Notes under the pieces: model-generated
The model's input: the letters and a program-made list of their open reading frames with translations, nothing else
Told to the model about the DNA's origin: nothing
Databases searched by the model: none
Shown: one piece after another, positions 10,127 to 19,944 of the stretch
Position numbering within the stretch: the first letter of the stretch is position 1
Layout: every line of letters begins with the position of its first letter
Made by a program: the position numbers and the translations under genes
Assembly (NCBI GenBank): GCA_965208105.1
Contig: OZ242318.1
Span: 1,920,001-1,984,000, forward strand
From: Candidatus Latescibacterota bacterium
GTDB lineage: Bacteria; Latescibacterota; UBA2968; UBA8231
Direction of reading: 5' to 3'
DNA length: 64,000 bases

Positions 10127-10325
10127 CGCCGCATTTCTCCCATGTTAAATTTGAAATAATTGGTTGATTTTACTGAATTACCGTCGAGGTAGTATAGGAG
10201 GGGACAACGGGGCCGTCAAGCACGTGCTTCGGCTCTGCTTGATGGGGCCGGAGCGGTCGTCTATCTTTGCGGGACCGCGCTTGGATCTACCCGCAGAGCC
10301 ATGGTTCAAGGCAAGGAGAAAAGGA

Positions 10326-11816
10326 ATGAAAACCGGAGCCATCTTCGAACCAGCGACCACCCCCGCCGCCGGCATCATCGACATCGGGGACCGCAAGCAG
10401 CACTTCCTCGACGACCTGCTCGTGGACGAGGCCAGCCGCGTCTCGCGCTACGCGAACAGGCCCGACAAGTATGCCGGCAACCCCATCATGGTGGCCGACC
10501 GGCCCTGGGAACAGGGCAAATACGGCGGGCGCGTGGAAGGTGTGGAGATCGTCGGACAGACCGTGCTCTACGACGAGGAGGAGGGAATCTTCAAGATGTG
10601 GTACGTGCCCTGGGCCTGGGAGGACCGGCGCCGGCCCTGGTGCTACGCCACCTCGGCCGACGGCTTTCACTGGGACAAACCCGAGCTGGGCGTGGTCGAG
10701 TACGAGGGCTCGACGCAAAACAACATGGTCGGCATTCACGGCGAGCCCAGCTACTACAACGTCTTCAAGGACCTCCGCGACCCCGACCCGCAGCGGCGCT
10801 ACAAGGCCCAGGGCGAGATGCACGGCCCCGGCGGCCACGTGCCGCCCGGAGGCATGGTCAACGCCTACTCTCCCGACGGCATCCACTGGACCTGCCACAA
10901 GAAGGCGGTGGTGCTCTACGGTCCCGACGTGGCCGACGCCTCGTCGGTTTTGGGCTGGGACCCCAGGCGGCGGAAATACGTCGGCTATTTCAGGCCGGGC
11001 GAACCCCTGGCCCACGAGATCGACGGCATCGGCAGGCACCGCCACATCCGCACCGTGGGCTACGCCGAGAGCGACGACTTCGAACACTGGACGCCGACGC
11101 GCCTCATGCTGGCGCCGGACGACAGAGACCGGGTCGACCACCAGTACCAGTACTTTACCGCCGCCCTCTACGGCGAGTTCTACGTCGGCTTCCTCATGGT
11201 CCACAAGACCCACGACCAGGTCTGGGACACCTTCCTGATGAGCAGCCGCGACGGTTTCCACTGGACCTGGGTGGACCGCCACGATCCCTTCCTCGGACGC
11301 GGCGAGGTCGGCACCTACGACGCGGGATACATGATGCCCTCGGGCCCAATCCTGCACGACGGCCGGATCTGGATCTACTACAGCGGCTTCAGCGGCGCCC
11401 ACAGCGCCAATCCCAGCAGGCTGGGCGACAGGGACGTAATAACCGTTGCCCTGGCCACCCTGCCCGAGGACCGCTGGGCGGGGCTTTTGGCCGGCCCCAA
11501 CCAGGGGCGGATAACCACGCGGCCCTTCACCTTCGAGGGATCGAGGCTCGTGGTCGACGTCGACGCCTCCCTGCCCCAGTCCATTCCCACCGAGACCATG
11601 AACTTCGACGAGTGCGAGGTGCGGGCGGCCCTGACCGATCCCTCGGGGGGCGTGATAGAAGGGTTCACCTTCGAGCGCTCCAGCCAAATCCTCAAGAGCG
11701 GCCCCCACGAGATAACCTGGGGGGAGGCGGACCTCTCCCGCCTGCAGGGCGAGGCCGTGCGCCTGCGCCTGGAAATCCGCAACGCCTGCCTCTACTCCAT
11801 CCAGTTCAAGGGATAG
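10326..11816 (+). CDS. Glycoside-hydrolase-like five-bladed beta-propeller protein (paralogue 1)
   Basis: FKMWY, YATSADGFHWDKPELG, RYKA, SPDGIHW and SRDGFHW repeats; ATG 10326 after AAGGA. Confidence 0.7.
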   Translation: MKTGAIFEPATTPAAGIIDIGDRKQHFLDDLLVDEASRVSRYANRPDKYAGNPIMVADRPWEQGKYGGRVEGVEIVGQTVLYDEEEGIFKMWYVPWAWEDRRRPWCYATSADGFHWDKPELGVVEYEGSTQNNMVGIHGEPSYYNVFKDLRDPDPQRRYKAQGEMHGPGGHVPPGGMVNAYSPDGIHWTCHKKAVVLYGPDVADASSVLGWDPRRRKYVGYFRPGEPLAHEIDGIGRHRHIRTVGYAESDDFEHWTPTRLMLAPDDRDRVDHQYQYFTAALYGEFYVGFLMVHKTHDQVWDTFLMSSRDGFHWTWVDRHDPFLGRGEVGTYDAGYMMPSGPILHDGRIWIYYSGFSGAHSANPSRLGDRDVITVALATLPEDRWAGLLAGPNQGRITTRPFTFEGSRLVVDVDASLPQSIPTETMNFDECEVRAALTDPSGGVIEGFTFERSSQILKSGPHEITWGEADLSRLQGEAVRLRLEIRNACLYSIQFKG

Positions 11817-11859
11817 ACCTCCCCTCGGGCGAGAGGGTCAGACCACAGGAGATGAGATA

Positions 11860-13356
11860 TTGTCCGCAGAGAACCTTGTAACGCAGCCATTCCTGGACTG
11901 GTACGGGGTCTGGCCCGGCCATACGGCCATTGATGAGAACGGCGAGGTCTGGAGCCAGGACCGACCCCTGGGCGTGTCCCTGAGGGTGCAGGAAGCCCGC
12001 AAGTCCGAAATCTTCATTCACCCGGAACATCCCTGGGAGCAGCGCAGCCTGTCCCCCATCTGCGTGCTGGCGGATGAAGGCATGCTGAAGCTGTGGTACT
12101 ACAGCGGCGGGCCTGACGGCGAGACGAACTACGTGGCCTATGCCGAGAGCGAAGACGGCTTCAACTGGCGCCGCCCGCAACTGGGGCTGCAGCAATTCGC
12201 CGGCTCGACCCGCAACAACCTGCTGTTCAAGGTCGAGGACTTCGAGATGCAGTCCGTCTTCATCGATCCCTCGGCTCCGCCCGGGGAACGCTTCAAGGCC
12301 ATGGGCCGCAGCTCCATCATCTACCACAAGGGCAAGGTCGTGCCGAAGATGAGCAGGGATGAAAAATGGGCGATCCGGCGGCAGATGGACGAGGCGGGGC
12401 TGACGCGGGAGCAGAAGGCGGAGGAGCTCTACTTCCACGGCCTGCTGCGCGGAGCGGTCTCGGCCGACGGGTGCCGCTGGAGCTTCCTCGAGGAGCCGCT
12501 GCTCAACGTGGGCAGGACCGGCCTCGACAGCCAGAACATAGCCAGCTATGACGAGGAGACCGGGACCTACGCCGCCTACCTGCGCGGACACAATCTCCGC
12601 CGCCGCTGCGTCCGCCGCACCGAGGGGAGCGAATTCGGCAACTGGTCGCCGACGCGGCTCGTCTTCGGCATGGACCCCCAGGACCCGGCCGACGACGACG
12701 TCTACAGCTCCGGATACTGCCGCTGCCCGGACAGCGGCCGCCACCTGATCTTCCCGGGCATCTACCACCGCACCTCGTCCTCTACCGACGTGCAGCTGGC
12801 CACCAGCCGCGACGGCCAGCTCTGGAGCCGCCCCGAGCGCAGGCCGGTGATCACGCGGGAAATCGGTGACGACAGCTACGGAATGGTCTTCGCCTACCCC
12901 AACCTGGTCCCCCTGGCCGAGGAGCAGTGGGGCCTGATGTTCTGCGGCATCTACGATCTGCACGATTGGCACAACCGCTACGACTCCGGCAAGCCATCGG
13001 AGTGGCGCTGGGCCCTCTGGAAGCCGAACCGGCTGGCCGCCCTGGAGGCTCCCGAGGAGGGCAGGGTGACCCTGGCGGAGCGGGAATGCAGCGGGCAGCA
13101 GTTGAGACTCAACTACCTGACCCAGAAGGAGGGCGGCTGGATCAAGGTGGAGCTGGTGGAGCCACCCGTGTCGCCGCCGGCGGAGGTGAAGGCCATCGAG
13201 GGGTTCGGCCTCGAGGAGGCCGACGTGCTCAGAGGCGACGAGGTCTCGGCCCCGGTCACCTGGAACGGCAACGGCGACCTGTCGGCCCTGAAGGGAAGGA
13301 CGATCTCCATCCGCATCCGCATGGCGCGGGCAAAGGTGTTCTCCACCGCCATGTGA
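11860..13356 (+). CDS. Glycoside-hydrolase-like beta-propeller protein (paralogue 2)
   Basis: LKLWY, YAESEDGFNWRRPQLG and TSRDGQLW; TTG start after AGGAG. Confidence 0.68.
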   Translation: MSAENLVTQPFLDWYGVWPGHTAIDENGEVWSQDRPLGVSLRVQEARKSEIFIHPEHPWEQRSLSPICVLADEGMLKLWYYSGGPDGETNYVAYAESEDGFNWRRPQLGLQQFAGSTRNNLLFKVEDFEMQSVFIDPSAPPGERFKAMGRSSIIYHKGKVVPKMSRDEKWAIRRQMDEAGLTREQKAEELYFHGLLRGAVSADGCRWSFLEEPLLNVGRTGLDSQNIASYDEETGTYAAYLRGHNLRRRCVRRTEGSEFGNWSPTRLVFGMDPQDPADDDVYSSGYCRCPDSGRHLIFPGIYHRTSSSTDVQLATSRDGQLWSRPERRPVITREIGDDSYGMVFAYPNLVPLAEEQWGLMFCGIYDLHDWHNRYDSGKPSEWRWALWKPNRLAALEAPEEGRVTLAERECSGQQLRLNYLTQKEGGWIKVELVEPPVSPPAEVKAIEGFGLEEADVLRGDEVSAPVTWNGNGDLSALKGRTISIRIRMARAKVFSTAM

Positions 13357-13490
13357 CCTCGGCCCGACGCTCCCACCGGTGCCCGGGGAGAGCCCGTCCT
13401 GCCCTGATCTGCGGAAATCTCAGAAGGATTGGAAGGGTGGCGGCGAGCCCATTCAGAGAAAGAAACCCACTCAACCACAGGAGGGACAGC

Positions 13491-13910
13491 ATGTCTCCAG
13501 GCAAGGAGGCCCTGGCCTCGGACCTGGTCAATCGATTCGTCAACGACGCCCACGGCGACCTCGAGAGCGTCAAGGAGATGCTGGCCGCCGAACCCGCCCT
13601 CGTCAACGCCGCCTGGGACTGGGGCGGCGGCGACTGGGAGACCGGGCTCGGGGCGGCCGCCCACATGGGCCGCCGGGATATCGCCGAGTTCCTGCTCGAG
13701 AACGGGGCGCGCCTCGACCTGTTCGCCGCGGCCATGCTGGGCAAGCTGGATATCGTGCAGGCGGTGGTGGCCGACGATCCATCCGTCATCGACCTCCCCG
13801 GACCGCACGGAATCAAGCTCCTCGTGCACGCCCGCAAGGGCGGCAAGGAGGCCGCGGAGGTGGTGAAGTTCCTGCAAGCGGCGGGCAAATCCGCCGGGGC
13901 CGGCAGCTAG
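13491..13910 (+). CDS. Small ankyrin-repeat-like protein
   Basis: AHGDLESVKEML, WETGLGAAAHMGRRDIAEFLLENGA and AAAMLGKLDIV; AGGAGG SD before ATG 13491. Confidence 0.85.
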   Translation: MSPGKEALASDLVNRFVNDAHGDLESVKEMLAAEPALVNAAWDWGGGDWETGLGAAAHMGRRDIAEFLLENGARLDLFAAAMLGKLDIVQAVVADDPSVIDLPGPHGIKLLVHARKGGKEAAEVVKFLQAAGKSAGAGS

Positions 13911-13946
13911 CAGCCCCGGTCTGGCGCCGACCTGGGCGCGCAGGCG

Positions 13947-15419
13947 CTAGGCGCCGATGCGATAGGAGTAGAAGTTGGCCGCGGCGTCCGCGTGGAAATG
14001 CAGGCGCACCTTGCGCCCCGCGAAGCGGGCGAGGTTGTCCCGCTGCGGTCCCCAGGTGACCTCGAAGCTGGTTTGATCGTCGCGCACCAATCCATTGCAG
14101 TCCTCGAAGGCGAATCCGTCGGGGACCTCGATGTCGCTGATGACCCGCACCCGCAGATTGCCCAGGTCGGCCGATCCCTTGTTGCCGAAGACGCCGGCAT
14201 TCAGATACAGCCTGGGACCGTCCACCTTCACCGGCTCGGTCATCACCTCGCCTCCCTGGGTCCCGCAGCGCAGGGAGACGAAGCCGTCCTGGCGCAGGGT
14301 CAGCAGGCCGATTCCGCCGCGATGGTTGCGGGCGTCTCCGTGGCGTCGCTTCCCCGAATAGAAGATGAGAAGCCTGCCGTCCTTCAGGATGGGCCCGTTG
14401 GCGGCGCAGGTGGCCCAGCCATCGTCCCAGGAGCCGGGCGCGCCCACCGGGAGGAAGGGCTCGCGGCGCCCGACCCGCTGCCAGCGGTCGATACTGCGAG
14501 CCGAGACCAGCTCGGTGATCCCCTGGTCCCGGTCGGTGAGAAACATCCAGACGAACCCCAGGTACTGGTTGCCGTAGGCGAAGGGCACCATGTTGTACAT
14601 CTGGTCGCGGCCGGCGTCGAAATCGTCCGGCTTCAGCACCGTCCGCAGCGGCGACCAGGTCTTGAAGTCGGCGCTGGCCGACACGGAGATCACGCGCCGG
14701 TAGCGCTTCCACATGAGGACGAAGTGATCGACCACCGTGTTGTAGCGCCGGGTTACCGCCAGGAACCGCTTCTGGGCGTAGTCCCAGATCATGGCGCCGG
14801 CATCGCCGCCCCGGGGGACGAACAGCTCGTCGTCCAAGGTCCAGTGGATTCCATCCGGTGAGAAGGCAGCGTACATGCCGTGGAGGTCGCGGATGGAGCT
14901 CAGGTAGGCCCGGCGTTCCTCCGGAGTGTTGGTGTGGTCGGCCCGGGGCACGTCGGCCTTGCGCTGCTGGTAACCCCCCATCTTGTAGCGCCGGGCCGGA
15001 TCGGGGTCGGCCGGGTCCTTGATTACACCCCAGGGGTCCATGCCCAGCTCGGGAGTCGAAGGCGCCGGGAAGACTATGTTGGTGGCCGCGGACCCCTGCC
15101 ATGGCACGATGCCCAGCTCGGGCTTGTCCCAGTGGAGGCCGTCGGCGGAGGTGGCATAGCACATGAAGTGGGCCTCGTCGCCGCTGTCGGTGGGTCCGAA
15201 GGTGTAGTACCACATCTTGAACAGGTCCTCGTCCCGGTCGTAGAGCACCGAGCCCCAGAGAGACACCGCATGCCCCTCCCAGGGACGGTCGACGCGCACC
15301 ACCGGCTGCAGTTGGGCGCGGGCGGGCTGCAGCACCTGGCGGGTGAATCCGGGATAGTCCTGGACCTCGGCATCGTCGACGAACAGGTGCAGGCCGGGGT
15401 CGTGGTGATTGTCGGTCAT
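13947..15419 (-). CDS. Glycoside-hydrolase-like beta-propeller protein (paralogue 3)
   Basis: FKMWY, YATSADGLHWDKPELG, RRYK, SPDGIHW and LRQDGFVSL. Confidence 0.7.
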   Translation of the reverse strand: MTDNHHDPGLHLFVDDAEVQDYPGFTRQVLQPARAQLQPVVRVDRPWEGHAVSLWGSVLYDRDEDLFKMWYYTFGPTDSGDEAHFMCYATSADGLHWDKPELGIVPWQGSAATNIVFPAPSTPELGMDPWGVIKDPADPDPARRYKMGGYQQRKADVPRADHTNTPEERRAYLSSIRDLHGMYAAFSPDGIHWTLDDELFVPRGGDAGAMIWDYAQKRFLAVTRRYNTVVDHFVLMWKRYRRVISVSASADFKTWSPLRTVLKPDDFDAGRDQMYNMVPFAYGNQYLGFVWMFLTDRDQGITELVSARSIDRWQRVGRREPFLPVGAPGSWDDGWATCAANGPILKDGRLLIFYSGKRRHGDARNHRGGIGLLTLRQDGFVSLRCGTQGGEVMTEPVKVDGPRLYLNAGVFGNKGSADLGNLRVRVISDIEVPDGFAFEDCNGLVRDDQTSFEVTWGPQRDNLARFAGRKVRLHFHADAAANFYSYRIGA

Positions 15420-15817
15420 GGATGGGCCTCTTTCCGTTTGATGCAGCGAAATGGCGGATGCGCCGCTCCCATTCAGGGACCGGCGGGGGCAGGTGAGAAG
15501 GTAGGCGCAGTTTGCCCTCCCTTCAATATTTTTCTCCCGGGACCCAGTTCCGAAGCACGGGCGGCGCGGCGAAATCAGCCCCCTGGAACCGCGGCTCGCC
15601 TGCCTTGCGCCTGGATATGCCCAAAACTATCTTGGTCGCGGCCTCGTCGCGGCCGCGAGGAGACCATGGGACCGGAGGCAGCTCCAAGTCCCCTGATGAG
15701 GTGAATGGGCAGAGGCGGCGCAGGATGGAGAGTCTCCCGCCGCCTGACGGCGGCACCCTCCTGCGGGCTGACAAACGACGATCGAAGCCTTCGATGGGCC
15801 ACTCATTCTTTCCCATG

Positions 15818-15898
15818 CGCAGCATCTCCTTCGATTCCGCCCACGAGGGAAGCGGGCGCCAGATCTACCGGATGGACATTTCCGAGGCCGTGGGGTAG
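15818..15898 (+). pseudogene. Possible C-terminal remnant of a TolB-like beta-propeller gene
   Basis: RSISFDSAHEGSGRQIYRMDISEAVG* resembles the last blade of TolB/PD40-type propellers; no coherent upstream coding sequence. Confidence 0.35.
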
Positions 15899-15910
15899 GC
15901 CGCCGCCATC

Positions 15911-17908
15911 ATGCAAGACCTCGAAACAGCAAGGACACGCGAAATGGATGCCCGCCCCGGCCAGGCCGATCGCGCCGGGAACGGGCGCTGGATCACCTGG
16001 CGCGCGGTCCTGCTGTCGCTGCTCTCCATAGCGGTGATGTTCGTCTACGTCATCCAGGTCTCCGAGCGCCAGCGCTCCGGTTCCTTCACGCACTCCCAGT
16101 ACCCGCTCACCGCCTTCATCCCCTTCGTCACCTGGCTCGTGCTCAACGTGGTGCTCAAGCGCGCCTGTCCGCGGTTCGCCCTGAGCCGGGGCGAGCTGCT
16201 CACCATCTTCTCCATGACCTGGGTGGCGGGGATCATCCCCTCGTGGATCAAGAGCTGGGCGACCCTCCTGACCTCGCCGACGGTCTTCGCCGCGCCCGAG
16301 AACCAGTGGGAGACCATCTTCGACTTCCTGCCCTGGCACGTCTTCGCCCCTCCCACGCACCAGGTGGTGGTCAACTTCTGGTACGGCCTGCCCCCGGGCA
16401 TGGGAATCCCATGGGAGGCATGGATAGGGACCGTGCTGCAGTGGCTGGGGGTATCCATCGCCCTGGTGGTGTTCGGGTTCTGCCTCTTCCTGGTCTTCCA
16501 GCGCCAGTGGGAACAGCACGAGAAGCTCACCTTCCCCCTGGCCCAGCTCTCCCTCGATCTGACCCAGGGATTCGACGGGCGCAGGCGCATGCCCGATCTC
16601 TTCTGCTCCAAACTGTTCTGGATCGGCGCCGGCCTCGTCCTCGTTCCCATGTGCTACCGCATCACCACCTACTTCTATCCCACCCTGCCCGAGCTCAACA
16701 TCCTGTGGGAGCACTACTACGTCAGGCTGGGGGACGGAGGCCTGTTCATCCGCGTCATGCCCGTGGTCATGGCGGTGGTCTACCTGTGCCCGCTGGACGT
16801 CATGGGGAGCATCGCCCTCTTCCACGTGCTCGCCGAGGTCAAGTACGCCTTCATGCGCCGCTTCGGCACCCCCGACTTCGGCTTTTCCGGGGACACCGTC
16901 AATCCCGTCTTTCCGGAACGGTTCCAGATCCTGCAGTGCGAGAGCTATGGAGCGCTGATATTCATCGCCGCGTGGACGATCTGGCTGGCGCGCCGCCATC
17001 TGCGGGAGGTGTGGCGCAAGGTGAGGACCAGCGAGGGCGATCCCATGGACGTGTTCCGCTACCGCCTGGCCCTGGCCGGCATGGGACTGTCGGCGGCCTA
17101 CGTGATCGTCTGGGCCGTCGCCATGGGGGTGCACCCGCTGGCGGCCGCCCTCTCCTTCGGGCTGATGACCCTGACCTACCTGGTCACCGTCAAGATCGTC
17201 GCCGCCACCGGCTTCGCCTACATCCTGCCCAACCGCCCCCACCTCAAGGGGGAGTTCTTCGTCGTCGAGATGATCGGCTCGGCCTACATGTCGGCGCGCA
17301 ACCTGGTCTCCTACAAGATCTTCACCAGCTACGCCTTCTTCGGCCACATCCTCATTCCGGCGTGGCCCGCCCTGCCCCACCACCTGCGCATCTTCTCCTT
17401 CAGGAAGCAGCCGGGCTGGGTGGTGGCCACCGTGCTGATCGCCTTCGTCTTCGGCTTCCTGGTCGCGTTCTGGGCCTTCCTGGACCTGTGCTACGCTGAG
17501 GGGGCGCTGGTGATCTCGGACAACAGGATACCCCGCTTTCTCGACACCGCGGTCAACCTGATCAACCACCCCATCGCCTTCCACTGGGAGAAGTGGATGC
17601 TGTGGTTCATCGGGTTCTTCGAGGCGGCCGCCCTGGCCGTTCTGCGCACCCGCTTCCACTGGTTCCCCATCCATCCAATCGGCCTGGCGTTTCAGATGAC
17701 CATCGGCACCTGGGTCTACTGGTCGACCCTGGGGATGGTGTGGATAGTCAAGTTCACCCTGCTGCGCCTGGGCGGGGTCAAGTCGTACGTGGCCGGCAAG
17801 CCCTTCTTCTACGGCATGGGAATCGGCTACATGATCGGGGTGATCCTCGGCACCGTGGTGGACCTCATCTGGTTTCCCGGGGCCGGGCACCGCATACACT
17901 GGTGGTAG
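15911..17908 (+). CDS. Multi-pass membrane protein, DUF6785/DUF6784-like (peptide-transporter-like), paralogue 1
   Basis: Many hydrophobic segments; LSRGELLTIF, QWEQHEKLTFPLAQL, WFPIHPIG and KPFFYG motifs. Confidence 0.72.
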   Translation: MQDLETARTREMDARPGQADRAGNGRWITWRAVLLSLLSIAVMFVYVIQVSERQRSGSFTHSQYPLTAFIPFVTWLVLNVVLKRACPRFALSRGELLTIFSMTWVAGIIPSWIKSWATLLTSPTVFAAPENQWETIFDFLPWHVFAPPTHQVVVNFWYGLPPGMGIPWEAWIGTVLQWLGVSIALVVFGFCLFLVFQRQWEQHEKLTFPLAQLSLDLTQGFDGRRRMPDLFCSKLFWIGAGLVLVPMCYRITTYFYPTLPELNILWEHYYVRLGDGGLFIRVMPVVMAVVYLCPLDVMGSIALFHVLAEVKYAFMRRFGTPDFGFSGDTVNPVFPERFQILQCESYGALIFIAAWTIWLARRHLREVWRKVRTSEGDPMDVFRYRLALAGMGLSAAYVIVWAVAMGVHPLAAALSFGLMTLTYLVTVKIVAATGFAYILPNRPHLKGEFFVVEMIGSAYMSARNLVSYKIFTSYAFFGHILIPAWPALPHHLRIFSFRKQPGWVVATVLIAFVFGFLVAFWAFLDLCYAEGALVISDNRIPRFLDTAVNLINHPIAFHWEKWMLWFIGFFEAAALAVLRTRFHWFPIHPIGLAFQMTIGTWVYWSTLGMVWIVKFTLLRLGGVKSYVAGKPFFYGMGIGYMIGVILGTVVDLIWFPGAGHRIHWW

Positions 17909-18017
17909 GGGGATTGGGCAGGGGGGAAGTTTTGCGGATCAGGGCGGGTTAATTCCTGGGATCAATTCGAACGCCGTGTGGCGGCGGGGTAGGTCAGGAA
18001 ACCCCTGATTAAACTCC

Positions 18018-19109
18018 TCAGGTGAGCTTGCCGCGCCCCAACAGGGGCCAGACCTTCTCGACCTTGCCGTTGCGCAGGCCGATGAATTGGTTGTGGAGGA
18101 AGTTGGTGGAGTCGCTGTAGCCCACGTTGAACTCGATGCGGTCTCCCAGCCGGGGGGCCTCGTGGCCGGGCTTGACCTTGAGGATGCCGTGCTCGGCGGA
18201 GAGGCCGCGCAGCTCCAGCTCGTCGTGGCCGATGGGCCGGGGCGGAGGCTCCTTGCACATGGTCTTGAAACCGCCGTCCACGACGATGTGTCCGGGGTGC
18301 CTGCTGACCACGGTGGTCACCACGGTCAGGGCAAGCTGGAGGTCCTCGATCATGCACTCCTCGCGATAGAACAGGTCCATGAAGATGCCGCCTCCGGCCT
18401 GCAGCTCGGTGATGCCGGGATAGGCGACGGTGATGGGATAGCATCCCGTTCCCCCGGCGCTCACCACGTCAACCGGAATCCCGTCGGCGGCGAGCAATTC
18501 GCTGGTCTCCACCAGGAGAGCGAGGGCCTGGTGGCACGCCCGCCTCTTCACCTCGAGCGGTTTGATGTCCAGCACCTGGCCCTCGTATCCCATGATCCCG
18601 GCCAGCTCAATCCCATCGCTGTCGCGGATCTTGCGGGCCAATGCCAGCGCCGGCAGGCCGGGCGCGACCCCGGTGCGGTCCATGCCGTTGTCGAGCTCGA
18701 TGTAGACCGGGATGGTGCTGCCCTCGGCGAGGGCCGCCCGGGAGATCAGGTCGACCGCCTCCACGTCGTCGACCGCGCACATCACGTGGGCACGGCGCTG
18801 CAGCGCGGCCAGCCGGCGCAGCTTCGCCGGCGAGACGATTTCGTTGGCGACGAGAATGTCGGGGATGCCGTGCTCGACCATCACCTCTGCCTCGCTGAGC
18901 TTGGCGCAAATGATCCCCTGGGCCCCGGCCGCCAGTTGCATCTGAGCGATTTCGGGACTTTTGTGCGCCTTGGAGTGCGGCCTCCAGGCCACCCCGTTCT
19001 CGGCGCAGACCCCTGCGAGGTGGGCGATGTTGGCCTCGAAGCGGTCCAGGTCCACCAGCAGAGCGGGAGTGTCGAGCTCGTCCTTGTCGATTCCGATGAG
19101 ATCAGTCAT
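18018..19109 (-). CDS. PLP-dependent D-threonine aldolase / D-serine dehydratase (DSD1) family
   Basis: LDTPALLVD, WRPHSKAHK (PLP lysine), GIMGYEG, SAGGTG and LSAEHG. Confidence 0.9.
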   Translation of the reverse strand: MTDLIGIDKDELDTPALLVDLDRFEANIAHLAGVCAENGVAWRPHSKAHKSPEIAQMQLAAGAQGIICAKLSEAEVMVEHGIPDILVANEIVSPAKLRRLAALQRRAHVMCAVDDVEAVDLISRAALAEGSTIPVYIELDNGMDRTGVAPGLPALALARKIRDSDGIELAGIMGYEGQVLDIKPLEVKRRACHQALALLVETSELLAADGIPVDVVSAGGTGCYPITVAYPGITELQAGGGIFMDLFYREECMIEDLQLALTVVTTVVSRHPGHIVVDGGFKTMCKEPPPRPIGHDELELRGLSAEHGILKVKPGHEAPRLGDRIEFNVGYSDSTNFLHNQFIGLRNGKVEKVWPLLGRGKLT

Positions 19110-19395
19110 GGAGGGAGATTCGTTCCTGTTGAAGTTTGGTACGTTCGCGGCGCAAAATAGCAATTCTAGTCGGAAGAAGCTAAACAGCGGGGGTTCGAAA
19201 GCGCAAATAATGGACCCGGGGAAGGGAGGTCAAGAAGCTGCCTTTTTTCATACATTGGATACATTGGAACATGAGGATGGTCCTCGCCCGTTCGGATGGG
19301 AACCAATATCTTTCGGCAATCCAGGCCGAGCTCCCGCCACCCGGTTTCGATCCCTGAAGTCTTATATAATTGAACTAGCGCGAAAGGATTAGACT

Positions 19396-19872
19396 GTGCA
19401 GAAAATCGTCACGAACCTGTGGTTTGACGGGCAGGTGGAGGAAGCGCTCGAGCTGTACACATCGCTCTTTGCCGATTCGCGCGTCAAGCGGATCTTGCGT
19501 TACGTCGAAGGGGGCATGGGAAAGCCCGGCGACATCATGACGGCCGAGTTCGAGATGGCGGGGCAGGAATTCTGCATCATCAACGGGGGACCCCACTTCA
19601 AGCACAGCCCGGCGATGTCCCTCCTGGTCAACTGCGCCGATCAATCCGAAGTGGACCGGCTCTGGGAGCGGTTGACGGCCGACGGCGGTGCGGAGAGCCA
19701 GTGCGGCTGGCTGACCGACCGCTTTGGCATCTCCTGGCAAATAACCCCGGTCGCACTGAGCGAGATGATGAACAGTAGCGATGCAGCAGCGGTCGAGCGC
19801 GTCACCGCGGCCTTTCAGGAGATGAAGAAGCTGGATGTCGCCGCCTTGGAAAGAGCCTTTCGCAACGAGTAG
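19396..19872 (+). CDS. VOC family protein (3-demethylubiquinone-9 3-methyltransferase/PhnB-like)
   Basis: MQKIVTNLWFD, NGGPHF, CGWLTDRFGISWQI and MKKLD. Confidence 0.92.
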   Translation: MQKIVTNLWFDGQVEEALELYTSLFADSRVKRILRYVEGGMGKPGDIMTAEFEMAGQEFCIINGGPHFKHSPAMSLLVNCADQSEVDRLWERLTADGGAESQCGWLTDRFGISWQITPVALSEMMNSSDAAAVERVTAAFQEMKKLDVAALERAFRNE

Positions 19873-19944
19873 TCAAGGCGACGCGGCAACCTCCCACCTG
19901 CGCAATGCGCACGCCTCGCATCTAGTTCCGAAAAGGACGGAAGA

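Noticed and set aside
15666-16031. In-frame TGA (15702-15704) joining ORFs 14880-15704 and 15705-16031, checked as a further Sec read-through
   Set aside because: The translation is not protein-like, has no Cys-type motif or CTC-CGGG-GAG hairpin, and overlaps real genes in other frames.
19251-19272. Short tandem duplications (TACATTGGA x2 here; TAGTCGTC x2 near 24567-24584)
   Set aside because: Only two short units and no spacers; not CRISPR-like, and no function is supportable.
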